Of a stretch of 32,000 bases of DNA, positions 9,549 through 18,179 are shown piece by piece. A model generated the notes under the pieces. It was not told the origin of the DNA. It worked only from the letters and a program-made list of their open reading frames with translations, and searched no databases. The DNA is taken from sequence record NC_010821.1; one strand, given 5' to 3'. The position numbers were made by a program, and so were the translations under genes. Source of the stretch: Pseudomonas phage 201phi2-1. Numbering within the stretch: position 1 is the stretch's first letter; each line of letters starts with the position of its first letter.

Positions 9549-11375
9549 ATGTCCCTTTTAGATTTGAAATCACTGGTCAGCACTGAAGACTTCGCTGACG
9601 CACATGAGCCATTGAACGATGGCGTTAAAGATGTACCGAACGCACAGACTGTAGCGGCCAGTGTAGGAACTGGGGATGTGGGCAATGACACCACTACTCA
9701 AGGTCCTGCTAAGGTAATCCCTGAGAAGCCAGACACTGATGATCAGACCAAAACCGAACACAACGTTGTCAAAGAGTCAGCTGAGAAAACTGGTGGCACT
9801 AGCGCACCTGCGTCCGATAAAGATTCCGGGGGCGATGCTAACGCCAGCGCAGAACCTGAAAAGTCTGAAGAAACAGATGAAGCAAAAGAACCTTTAGAGC
9901 ACACTTCTGAGAAAGTGGCTAAAGACGAGCTGGAGAAAACTGAGCGTGCTACCACTGCACTCGAAGCGTACGCTCCTAATGCCAAGCGCTTTGACATCAT
10001 CGGCCACCCTAAAGTGAAAGCCGAACAAATTAGTAAGATGGTAGGTTATATCCAGCGCCGGTCTGGTGTAAGTGGTGAAGTAACTGTTTCCGCTGAATCG
10101 ATTAACACCGCCGTTGAACTCGGTCGTAGTCGTATGGCCAAGCTGGAACGCGAAGTACGTATCCTTGGTTCGCAAAAGGTCTCCAAAGAAAACCTCGTTG
10201 AAGAGATTGCTGTAACCGAAGAACCAACCGAGCATGGCGCCCCACCATTGGCCCCAGAGGCCGCCGCCGCTATTACCGAGCTTGAAACAGACCCGCTAGA
10301 CGTACCATTGCTGGAAGTAGAGAAAGTGCAAGAAACTCTTGACACTCTACAATCCGGTGCCGTGGCCATCGAGCGCCTGACTGAAATCGTTCGGGCTAAC
10401 CCACGGATTTCTAAACAAGCGGCCGCGGTACTGCATGCCAGTTTGGAAAATATCGACCAGATGTGTGGTCTGAAAATTCGCGCTACTGGATTTGAATCTT
10501 ACGAAGCTACCCCGCGTGCTGCTCTGGAAGCAACCGCCGTTGATGGCGATTCACTGAGTAGTCGTGCCGCAGAAATCGGCGCTAAAATCATGAAGGTGAT
10601 TACGGCTCTCTATGAAAAGCTGAAACTTTATGCTGCTCGGTATTCCACCGGTATTGATAAGCTTAGCGATCGTTTCACAACTATCGCTCGTAAGGCTCCA
10701 AGCGGTATTGAACTTAAGAGTATCACTATCCGTGGTGATCGTTCAGAGTTGTTCTTGGATGGTGAGTTTGTCGGTGATTACCTCACGCCAGAGGAACGTA
10801 AGATCCCTGAGTTACTGAAACAGAATCGGAAGGAACTTGCTAAGCTACTGGTTAAACCATTGGAACGTCTGCTGTCTAGTGGACCAGCTGATGAGCGCAT
10901 GCTCAATGACATCGAACAGATCAAGCAGGCTATTGGCGGAACTGGGGAACGGTCGACATCTATCCCAGGTGGCTACAAAGTAACTGCCAAAGGTATCGAT
11001 ATCGATGTAGTGGAAGATAAAGCTGATCGCGGTGCAGACGAAGTAACTGTAGAACCAATGATGGGTCATGAACTCGGCCGAAGTGCCGACGATATCAAAC
11101 GGTACCTTGCTCTGCTGTTGGGTGTGATCGATGAAGCAACCAGTCCTGATGAAGTCGAACGCCTTAAGAAAGCCGTCCTGACTCTCAGAAAGAATAGCAA
11201 GGGTGGTGACGAAGCTGTATTCCAGAAAGTTCAAAGTGCTGTTGTTGAAATTATCAACAAGCAATTGAACCCTGTTGAATTTATGGGTCTTGTAGGTAAA
11301 CTCGCTAAAGCACAAGCCGCCCGCGCCGCCTACTTTGAGCAACGTCTGGCACACGCTGCCACGAACGACCAATAA
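9549..11375 (+). CDS. phiKZ-like inner-body protein paralog, predicted 316-aa propeptide and 292-aa mature chain
   Basis: ORF track frame 9519..11375. ATG 9549 (MSLLDLKSLV) has a purine-rich SD (cagagagtagacacATG), giving 608 aa. Acidic N-terminus, then core prodomain IERLTEIVRANPRISKQAAAVLHASLENIDQMCGLKIRATGFE|SYEA. Confidence 0.7.
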   Translation: MSLLDLKSLVSTEDFADAHEPLNDGVKDVPNAQTVAASVGTGDVGNDTTTQGPAKVIPEKPDTDDQTKTEHNVVKESAEKTGGTSAPASDKDSGGDANASAEPEKSEETDEAKEPLEHTSEKVAKDELEKTERATTALEAYAPNAKRFDIIGHPKVKAEQISKMVGYIQRRSGVSGEVTVSAESINTAVELGRSRMAKLEREVRILGSQKVSKENLVEEIAVTEEPTEHGAPPLAPEAAAAITELETDPLDVPLLEVEKVQETLDTLQSGAVAIERLTEIVRANPRISKQAAAVLHASLENIDQMCGLKIRATGFESYEATPRAALEATAVDGDSLSSRAAEIGAKIMKVITALYEKLKLYAARYSTGIDKLSDRFTTIARKAPSGIELKSITIRGDRSELFLDGEFVGDYLTPEERKIPELLKQNRKELAKLLVKPLERLLSSGPADERMLNDIEQIKQAIGGTGERSTSIPGGYKVTAKGIDIDVVEDKADRGADEVTVEPMMGHELGRSADDIKRYLALLLGVIDEATSPDEVERLKKAVLTLRKNSKGGDEAVFQKVQSAVVEIINKQLNPVEFMGLVGKLAKAQAARAAYFEQRLAHAATNDQ

Positions 11376-11385
11376 GGAAATACCC

Positions 11386-12549
11386 ATGACAGACGACACT
11401 CGTCAAGACCCACACAATCGACCGGCGTTAAGTGACAGTCCTGTTGAGCCGGTAGAGGAAAACATCATCGTGACTGATGTGCTAGATGAATGCCAAGACC
11501 TAATCATACAGCGTGCTGCTTTGGAACGTTACAGGGATCAATTGGTACAAGCTGGTCCAGATGGATTGGACCATGTCGCCAAGCACTTCATGTTGGTTGG
11601 ATTACAACAACTCAAGGTGCGTAAAAACAGCACCGGTATGGAATCCTTTGACGCCGACCGAGAAACAGTGACTGTTGAAGACTTCTCCGAATGGCTTAGT
11701 AATCTGGGAGAGCGAATTAAACAGCTTATTAATAAGCTGATCGCCCTGGCCAAACAAGCTGCATCCAAAATCATGTCCGGTATTGAGGGCGTTAAGACTC
11801 AATCTGAAGAACTCATGGAGCGTGCACGTAAGAGTGCACGTCGTCCATCGAACGAAAGACACGGTGAAGGTAAAGAAATTACAATCGATTCACCTAGTCT
11901 ACTTTGGACAGATGGTGAGTTCTGCGTGGGTGACTGTAAATCAGAACAAAACGTGGTTAAGTTCTTTGTAGGTGCTTGGCCTAAGTACGCTATCGATCAA
12001 ATCCAACGTGCTAAGAAAATGATCTCCGAGTACGATGTTGAATCGGGTAACTCCGACAACTTCGAATCCAACATGGGGTTCATTGGTAATCACCAATCGC
12101 TGGTGGCTACCGTTACTCGCGACATCCTGCCGGGTAACAAACAGATCGCATTTAAATATGTGGCACTGGGTCCAGAGTTGGTTGATGCAGAAGATGCGCA
12201 ACCAGCTCCAGATAAACACTCTTTTGAAATCCGCACTCTTGTCGAGATCACCAGTACCCTTAAGCAGAACGTTGCTACGATGAATGCCCTGGGTCAGATG
12301 TATCGTAGTGAGTCAGAGGTGTTAACTGAGATGGCCACTTTGGCAGATGCTCTGATGAAACTGGAAGGACGCCGGGGTGAGACTGTATGGAAGTCTGCTC
12401 GCGATGGTCTGGATGATATCTCTAAAGCCATGATGGATCTGATCGGTCGACTGAAGCCTAACTATGATCCAATTGTTCGTCACTTGGCTAAGGTTGGTAC
12501 AGCCCGTAACGCTGTCTGCCGTAAAGAACTTGACGCACTGGGTCAATGA
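11386..12549 (+). CDS. phiKZ-like inner-body protein paralog, predicted 86-aa propeptide and 301-aa mature chain
   Basis: ORF track frame 11335..12549. ATG 11386 preceded by AAGGAA (387 aa). Contains NSTGME|SFDAD followed by the amphipathic segment RIKQLINKLIALAKQAASKI. Confidence 0.7.
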   Translation: MTDDTRQDPHNRPALSDSPVEPVEENIIVTDVLDECQDLIIQRAALERYRDQLVQAGPDGLDHVAKHFMLVGLQQLKVRKNSTGMESFDADRETVTVEDFSEWLSNLGERIKQLINKLIALAKQAASKIMSGIEGVKTQSEELMERARKSARRPSNERHGEGKEITIDSPSLLWTDGEFCVGDCKSEQNVVKFFVGAWPKYAIDQIQRAKKMISEYDVESGNSDNFESNMGFIGNHQSLVATVTRDILPGNKQIAFKYVALGPELVDAEDAQPAPDKHSFEIRTLVEITSTLKQNVATMNALGQMYRSESEVLTEMATLADALMKLEGRRGETVWKSARDGLDDISKAMMDLIGRLKPNYDPIVRHLAKVGTARNAVCRKELDALGQ

Positions 12550-12575
12550 TATAGTTTAACTTAAAGGAACCACTC

Positions 12576-14045
12576 ATGAGCCTTACAGCCCTTTTGAAAG
12601 AAGCTGGGGTGAGTAATGAAGACATTACCGCCTCTGAACCACTCGTACAAGAAACCGTTGTTTCACCAGTTGATTCCCCGTCAGCGGCTATCCCAGTAGT
12701 CGACGCTGTTGTTGAGACCGCTCCAGTTGTTGAACCAGTTCCTGAAACCGTAGCGGCGCCAGTCACTGCACCTTTGGAACCAGCTGTGGTTGAATCGGTG
12801 GTCGCTCCAGTTGCTGAAGCACCATTGCCGGTAGAAGCGGTAGCCGTAGATCAGGTAATTCCAACTATTCCAGTTGTAGAAGCACAAGCTGCTGTTGCTG
12901 AAGCAGTAGAGATTACTCAGATCGAAGCCACTGCTTGTCAGGTAGAAGCTGAACAACAAGCAATCAAAGATAAAGCCGACGAACTGTTGGATATGCAGAC
13001 CGCATTGGAAAACCTCACTAGTATCATTCGTAAGACTGGTGCTAATGGCGTGTCCAATCAAACTGCCGAAGTTATTCAATCACAACTCCGTTCGATTAAT
13101 CGTCGATTGGGTGTGGAAAGTAAATTCGTATCCACTGAATCCTTTATTGCTCGCGACAACCGTGAACAACATGCTATTGCTACTATCGCACTGGAGGACA
13201 TCAAGACCAGTGTTAAGGTAGCCAAGAATAAGTTCATTGAACTGCTTGAGAAAATCTTGGCTCTGTTCAAACGTGCGGCCAGTAACTGGCTAGACGGTCT
13301 GGTTAGCCTCGATAAGAAAGTCGATCAACTCGACCAACGTTTGGGCGCATTGAAGAAACCAGGTGGCGGTGGATCACTCACACTCCACAATGCCGGTCTG
13401 GTTGTATACAAAGACAGTATCGATATTCCTGAGGATATCCCAGGTCTCGCACACTTTGCTTCGGTAGCTTACCCAGACGTAGTTACTAAGTACCTCGATC
13501 AGTCTGCAAAGACTCTTCTTAAATACAAACCTAGTGATTTCGATCCAGAACGTATTAAAGAGGAATTCGAACGTCATGCTAAACCACTGGCATATTTGAT
13601 CGAACTGCAAGTTGAGAAAGATGAGCTACCTGGTGGTCAACACTTGGACGTAGATGAAGGTGGACTAAGCTTTGGTATCAAAGGTGAGGTTCCAGCTGGC
13701 GTTGATAAAGAAGTCGATCTGGAAACCACCGTTGAACTACGTAAGAAAGTTCGCGCTATCAAAGATATCGTGGAACAGATCAAGAAGATCCGTCCAGAAG
13801 TCGAGAAGATCGATAAAGCTGGTAAGCGTCTGATTGAAGCTGCTCGTCGCTCTACTTCTCTGAAAGCTGAAGATGAGAAAGAAGCAGAAGACTTTTACAA
13901 TATCGTTCATGATGCAATCAGTCGTTCGGCAGCTGCTAAGCCACGTGTTGATGAAGTCATCAAGTATCTGGTACGCTATCTCGGCGCACAGGTTGCTATT
14001 GTTAATACAATGGCCGACGCCATTGAGAAAGAGAAAGAAGATTAA
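12576..14045 (+). CDS. phiKZ-like inner-body protein paralog, predicted 188-aa propeptide and 301-aa mature chain
   Basis: 489-aa ORF with Ala/Val/Pro/Glu-rich N-terminus, then LENLTSIIRKTGANGVSNQTAEVIQSQLRSINRRLGVESKFVSTE|SFIA and KFIELLEKILALFKRAASNWLDGL. Confidence 0.75.
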   Translation: MSLTALLKEAGVSNEDITASEPLVQETVVSPVDSPSAAIPVVDAVVETAPVVEPVPETVAAPVTAPLEPAVVESVVAPVAEAPLPVEAVAVDQVIPTIPVVEAQAAVAEAVEITQIEATACQVEAEQQAIKDKADELLDMQTALENLTSIIRKTGANGVSNQTAEVIQSQLRSINRRLGVESKFVSTESFIARDNREQHAIATIALEDIKTSVKVAKNKFIELLEKILALFKRAASNWLDGLVSLDKKVDQLDQRLGALKKPGGGGSLTLHNAGLVVYKDSIDIPEDIPGLAHFASVAYPDVVTKYLDQSAKTLLKYKPSDFDPERIKEEFERHAKPLAYLIELQVEKDELPGGQHLDVDEGGLSFGIKGEVPAGVDKEVDLETTVELRKKVRAIKDIVEQIKKIRPEVEKIDKAGKRLIEAARRSTSLKAEDEKEAEDFYNIVHDAISRSAAAKPRVDEVIKYLVRYLGAQVAIVNTMADAIEKEKED

Positions 14046-14049
14046 TTCG

Positions 14050-14073
14050 ACGGGACCTTCGGGTCCCGTTTTT
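14050..14073 (+). terminator. Rho-independent terminator
   Basis: Perfect 8-bp stem ACGGGACC-TTCG-GGTCCCGT followed by a T tract, 5 nt after stop 14045. Confidence 0.85.
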
Positions 14074-14088
14074 ATTCAGGTATTCCCA

Positions 14089-15192
14089 ATGACTGAAGTT
14101 ATTGAACTTGCCCCAACGACAGCAGTGAATGCTGCACCTGATGTCATGAGTACTTTGATGGAACTCAATCCAGCTATTGCCGATGAGATCCTTGAACTGA
14201 CGCACGGCATCGAACGCTATAAAAATATTCGATTGCTCCAACCAAAGTTATTCGAACTCAGTCTCGAAGCAACTGACCAGGGTAGTATACTGAGCCGGAT
14301 GCTTGATGCACTGATCCGTTTCATTACCCGCTTCATTAGGGATGTTTATGAAGGTACAGCGACTCTTAGTTTCTCGCTAGGTAAGTTACATGACCGTGCT
14401 GAATTGATTAACACCGAATCCAGGTCTATGCGTCGTACTAACCGTAGCAATGAGTTTAAGATCGATACTAGAATCCACAACCTTTGCGTTAACTACAAAC
14501 CAATCAATGACCCTCAGCGACTGTTGATGGTACTCAAAACAAACAACGTACTGTTTAAGAGTTATTTCAAATACCAGAACGTAGAGTTACCGAACATTAT
14601 CCCTAATATTGTTAACATCAATCCTAAACGGCCAGATTCGGTTATCGCGCTGGTAGAACTGTTGTCGCCTGTATCACCTATGGCTAAAGCCAGTGCTATG
14701 AATTTCAGCGGTGACCAAACATCCCGTGCTAGTTTGCAGTTATTGGGTAATCAACGATTGCATGCAATGACTAAGAATCCGGTAGGTGATGTCGTAGATC
14801 AACTCGCCGGTCAAGAATGGTTACTGTTACCGGCCAGTGATGACCCTAAGCCGTTACCGCCTTCCATCACCTACCCTGTATTTGCCGCAACCATTGAGCA
14901 AAGTATTCTACGTGAGATCGTATCGGCTACAACTGATCTTGAATCGAATTTCGGGATCGTGTCTCGTAACCGTCGTAGTATGCGTGTGGATGATCTGACG
15001 CGTTATCTTGAAAGATTGCGTAACAGTATTTTGACTAAGCAGTACGATGCTGAAACTGAGGAACGTGCACAGCAGATAATCCGAATGCTAGAGGCTTATT
15101 GCACTTGGCTAGTTAACCCTTATCTAAACATGATGGGCCTTTATATCAGAAATGCCAACGCAGTGTTGAACGTTTGCGATGCCAACAACTAA
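14089..15192 (+). CDS. phiKZ-like inner-body protein paralog, predicted 60-aa propeptide and 307-aa mature chain
   Basis: ORF track frame 13873..15192; ATG 14089 (MTEVIELAPTT) lies after the terminator. LFELSLE|ATDQG followed by RMLDALIRFITRFIRDVYEG. Confidence 0.7.
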   Translation: MTEVIELAPTTAVNAAPDVMSTLMELNPAIADEILELTHGIERYKNIRLLQPKLFELSLEATDQGSILSRMLDALIRFITRFIRDVYEGTATLSFSLGKLHDRAELINTESRSMRRTNRSNEFKIDTRIHNLCVNYKPINDPQRLLMVLKTNNVLFKSYFKYQNVELPNIIPNIVNINPKRPDSVIALVELLSPVSPMAKASAMNFSGDQTSRASLQLLGNQRLHAMTKNPVGDVVDQLAGQEWLLLPASDDPKPLPPSITYPVFAATIEQSILREIVSATTDLESNFGIVSRNRRSMRVDDLTRYLERLRNSILTKQYDAETEERAQQIIRMLEAYCTWLVNPYLNMMGLYIRNANAVLNVCDANN

Positions 15193-15231
15193 ACACAAAA
15201 CTGACTTATTATCTGATAGTATATTCGTCCC

Positions 15232-15263
15232 GTGGTTATGTGGAGGACGAACTGCATAACCAC
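15232..15263. other. Imperfect-loop hairpin upstream of the acidic giant gene
   Basis: Perfect 9-bp stem GTGGTTATG / CATAACCAC with 14-nt loop TGGAGGACGAACTG. Confidence 0.5.
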
Positions 15264-15289
15264 TTCCGTAACAAAAAGGTATTGTCAAC

Positions 15290-18058
15290 ATGTTGAAAAA
15301 AATTAATAGCGCCAACTTATTCTCTATGGAGAATCACGATGAGCAAACTACCGAAGAACTTCCAGAGCAAGGCGTTGTAGTAGAAGCCGATGCCGAAGCG
15401 GTAGTAGCCGAGGCCACACCATCTGAAGACGTAACTGAAGCTGGTGACGACATTGGTCAAGCAACCCCTAACGATGAGATCGATGCCAGTCCAGATGCCG
15501 ATCTTACCGTAACCGAAACAACCGTTCAATCGCCAGATGGTGGTGAGACTGAAGAAGTTTCCAAACTGCTTGAAGAAGGCCAACAAGCCGCAGCTACCAA
15601 AGATGAAATCGTAGCTACCGCAACTGCCGAAGTAACCGGTGGTGAATCTGATGCCGTTGATGTAAATGGTAATGCCATTACTGAAGAGCAGGCTGTAGAA
15701 AACGAAGAGCAAGAAAACGTTGATGATGAAGTCGACGAAGAAGCTGAGAAGACTGCTGCTGACAAAGACATCCACGAACAAGTAGACGACGTAACTGAAA
15801 ACGTTGACGAAGAGCTTGGTGATGCAATCGGTGACGATTCTACCGACGGTGGTCTAGACGGTGAAGCTACTGATGACACATCTACCGATATCGATAGTTC
15901 TGGTAGTCAAGGTGATCTGGGTATGGACGCTGAAACCGGCGACCTAGGTGAACCAGAAGGCGGTGATGATACCGCATTTGACGATGACACTCCATTGGAG
16001 GGTGCTGACGATGTGGGTACAGATACCGATGCTACTGCTGACGATAGCAGTGGGGATGTGGGTAGCGATGAAACTGCTACAGGGTCTGACATGGATGATG
16101 TTGAATCCACTGACGGTGGCGACTTGGGTGGCGAAGAAACTGTCGACGATACCGTCGGGGTTGATGGCGATTCTGAGGTGGCTGACGACGTAGCGACTCA
16201 AAACGAGGCGGCTGATGTAACCGCTGAAGCTGCTAGCTCTGATACAGAGCAGACTGACTTCATCGCTGGTGACACCCCAGAGCAACATGGTGAAGAACCA
16301 TCCACTGACGAACTCCCTGCCAACGATGGTGAAGAGATTGTAGCCGAGGCCACTCCTGCTGTTCAGAATGAAACCGACGTGGGTTCCGCTGACGCCAATA
16401 TGGACGTTACACAATCCACCGCTGATGAAGTTGACTTCGACGATGAAACACCTCTGGAAGGTGCTGATGAGGAAACTGAAACAGAAGACCTCGAGGTTAA
16501 TGCTGAACAAGACCTTACCCCTACAGAAGTAGACGGTCAAGAAATTGACGGCAGTACTCCTGATGGGGCTACAGTTGAAGAATCTCAAACTGATCAACAA
16601 GCTGAAGAACTGGATGAAGTAAACGCTGAACCTGAAACCGAAGAGGAAGAAGGGGCTAATGAACCAGAAGACGGCGAGTCTGAAGTAGAGACCGAAACTG
16701 AGACTGACACAGATGGCTCTACTGAAGAAGTAGTGGAAGACATTACTGCATCCGGTGAACCTGGTCTAGACGCTGAAGCCGGTGAGATTGAAGAGACTGA
16801 CGAACCAGCTGATCTTGAAGAAGGTGAACTGGACATTCCTGACGTAGATACCGAGACCACTGAAGAAGAAGTCGAGGATGCTGCAATCACTGCTGATGAA
16901 GTAGAGGCTGAAGCAGACGCTGATGACGATAAAGGTGACATCGGTGAGAAGACCATTGAAGAACTCCAACGTGAGACTGAGTCCCTCGAAGAATTCCGGG
17001 TAATGCTGGAATGGGGTATCGCTAATGAGTCTTATGACCCAAGCCTGTTGGCTTACAAGTCTGTTCAAGCATCGCGTGTACGTGATCTGTTGAATGGTCT
17101 TGGTTGCAAGCTTCCGGCTGTATCACTTGAATCGTATACTGCTAAAGATATGGACTTGGCTTACCAAGCATCTCTCGAATCGGTTCGTGGCATGTTGTCG
17201 CGCATTTCGGGTATCAGTCACCAGTTGACTCAAAAGGTAGAACGTTGGTACGCTAAAGGTATGGTTGACAAAGTGAAGACTCGTACCACTGCTTTGAACA
17301 AGCAGATTGACCTTTGCTTGGTTCAACTGAAAGAAGCTGACGTATCGACTCACGAAGTTAATGCGATTGGTGCATACCTCGCTCATGCCGACGGTAATCT
17401 GGTTAAAGCTGTTTCCGATGACCTCAAGATCATTTCCGATGTGAGTGTCAAAGGCTTTAAAGCAACTGAAGAACTGCAAACCAATCTGGTTAAAGCACTG
17501 AATGACATTACTGGTGCAGCAACTCCGGCTGAGGCTACTAGTGTTGCAGATAAAGTATCCCGTTTCAAAGATACCAAATCGGCTTTCCCTAACAAGGCAT
17601 TCAGTTCTGGTTTCCTTGGTGGCTTTAAGTTCGAGCTGAAAGAAGCAACAGGTGGTGACACACTGAAAGACAAGATCCTTAACATGGGTCGTCGTGCAGT
17701 ACCGGTTATCGTACGTGAGGGTAAAGGTACTAACACCAGTCAGAAACTGTCTAAGGGTGACGTTGCTAACCTGCTGACTATGGCTAAGGCTTACACTGCC
17801 CTGGCTAACAAGCTTGCAGACACTACTGGTGACCGTGCCGTTGATAACATTAGTAAGATCCGTCTTACTCGTGAACGTGCTCTACCGATCGCTGTAGAAG
17901 GTCGTGTACGTGGTGGTGACGAAGCTGCTATTGACGCAGCAGCTAGTGCATTGGAAATTGTAGCTAAGGCTCACAATGACATGTACAAGTTTGTTACCAA
18001 GCATTGCATCGACGTAGCTGACGCCCTGTGTGGTGTCGCTAAGAAGTTCAGTAAGTAA
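15290..18058 (+). CDS. phiKZ-like inner-body protein paralog with giant acidic propeptide (predicted 614-aa propeptide, 308-aa mature chain)
   Basis: 922-aa ORF. Residues 160-547 contain no K or R. Core prodomain LRDLL-type segment then LPAVSLE|SYTAKD; the C-terminal ~308 aa has normal composition. Confidence 0.75.
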   Translation: MLKKINSANLFSMENHDEQTTEELPEQGVVVEADAEAVVAEATPSEDVTEAGDDIGQATPNDEIDASPDADLTVTETTVQSPDGGETEEVSKLLEEGQQAAATKDEIVATATAEVTGGESDAVDVNGNAITEEQAVENEEQENVDDEVDEEAEKTAADKDIHEQVDDVTENVDEELGDAIGDDSTDGGLDGEATDDTSTDIDSSGSQGDLGMDAETGDLGEPEGGDDTAFDDDTPLEGADDVGTDTDATADDSSGDVGSDETATGSDMDDVESTDGGDLGGEETVDDTVGVDGDSEVADDVATQNEAADVTAEAASSDTEQTDFIAGDTPEQHGEEPSTDELPANDGEEIVAEATPAVQNETDVGSADANMDVTQSTADEVDFDDETPLEGADEETETEDLEVNAEQDLTPTEVDGQEIDGSTPDGATVEESQTDQQAEELDEVNAEPETEEEEGANEPEDGESEVETETETDTDGSTEEVVEDITASGEPGLDAEAGEIEETDEPADLEEGELDIPDVDTETTEEEVEDAAITADEVEAEADADDDKGDIGEKTIEELQRETESLEEFRVMLEWGIANESYDPSLLAYKSVQASRVRDLLNGLGCKLPAVSLESYTAKDMDLAYQASLESVRGMLSRISGISHQLTQKVERWYAKGMVDKVKTRTTALNKQIDLCLVQLKEADVSTHEVNAIGAYLAHADGNLVKAVSDDLKIISDVSVKGFKATEELQTNLVKALNDITGAATPAEATSVADKVSRFKDTKSAFPNKAFSSGFLGGFKFELKEATGGDTLKDKILNMGRRAVPVIVREGKGTNTSQKLSKGDVANLLTMAKAYTALANKLADTTGDRAVDNISKIRLTRERALPIAVEGRVRGGDEAAIDAAASALEIVAKAHNDMYKFVTKHCIDVADALCGVAKKFSK

Positions 18059-18069
18059 AAGCATAATGG

Positions 18070-18090
18070 CCCTCCCTTCGGGGAGGGTTT
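18070..18090 (+). terminator. Rho-independent terminator
   Basis: CCCTCCC-TTCG-GGGAGGG followed by TTTAT. Confidence 0.8.
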
Positions 18091-18179
18091 ATGTCATCTT
18101 TTTACTCAGGTATAAACAGTATGTGGTATTGAGACCACACCTTAACTAGACCAGACCCTTAAGTGGGAGAGGCAAAGAG

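Noticed and set aside
15232-15263. Possible tRNA or tRNA-like element
   Set aside because: Only a single hairpin; no T-loop GTTC motif, anticodon arm or 7-bp acceptor stem. No tRNA or rRNA was recognised anywhere in the window.
15290-16990. Acidic region as a sequencing or frameshift artefact
   Set aside because: The frame stays open for 922 codons and continues into the conserved core prodomain and a normal mature domain, so it looks like a genuine single CDS.
15317-17736. Several minus-strand ORFs (154, 117, 218, 120, 118, 117 aa) opposite the acidic gene
   Set aside because: Strongly biased GAA/GAC/GAT codons on the plus strand leave few stops on the other strand. The products are Ser/Val/Phe-rich artefacts with no initiation context.
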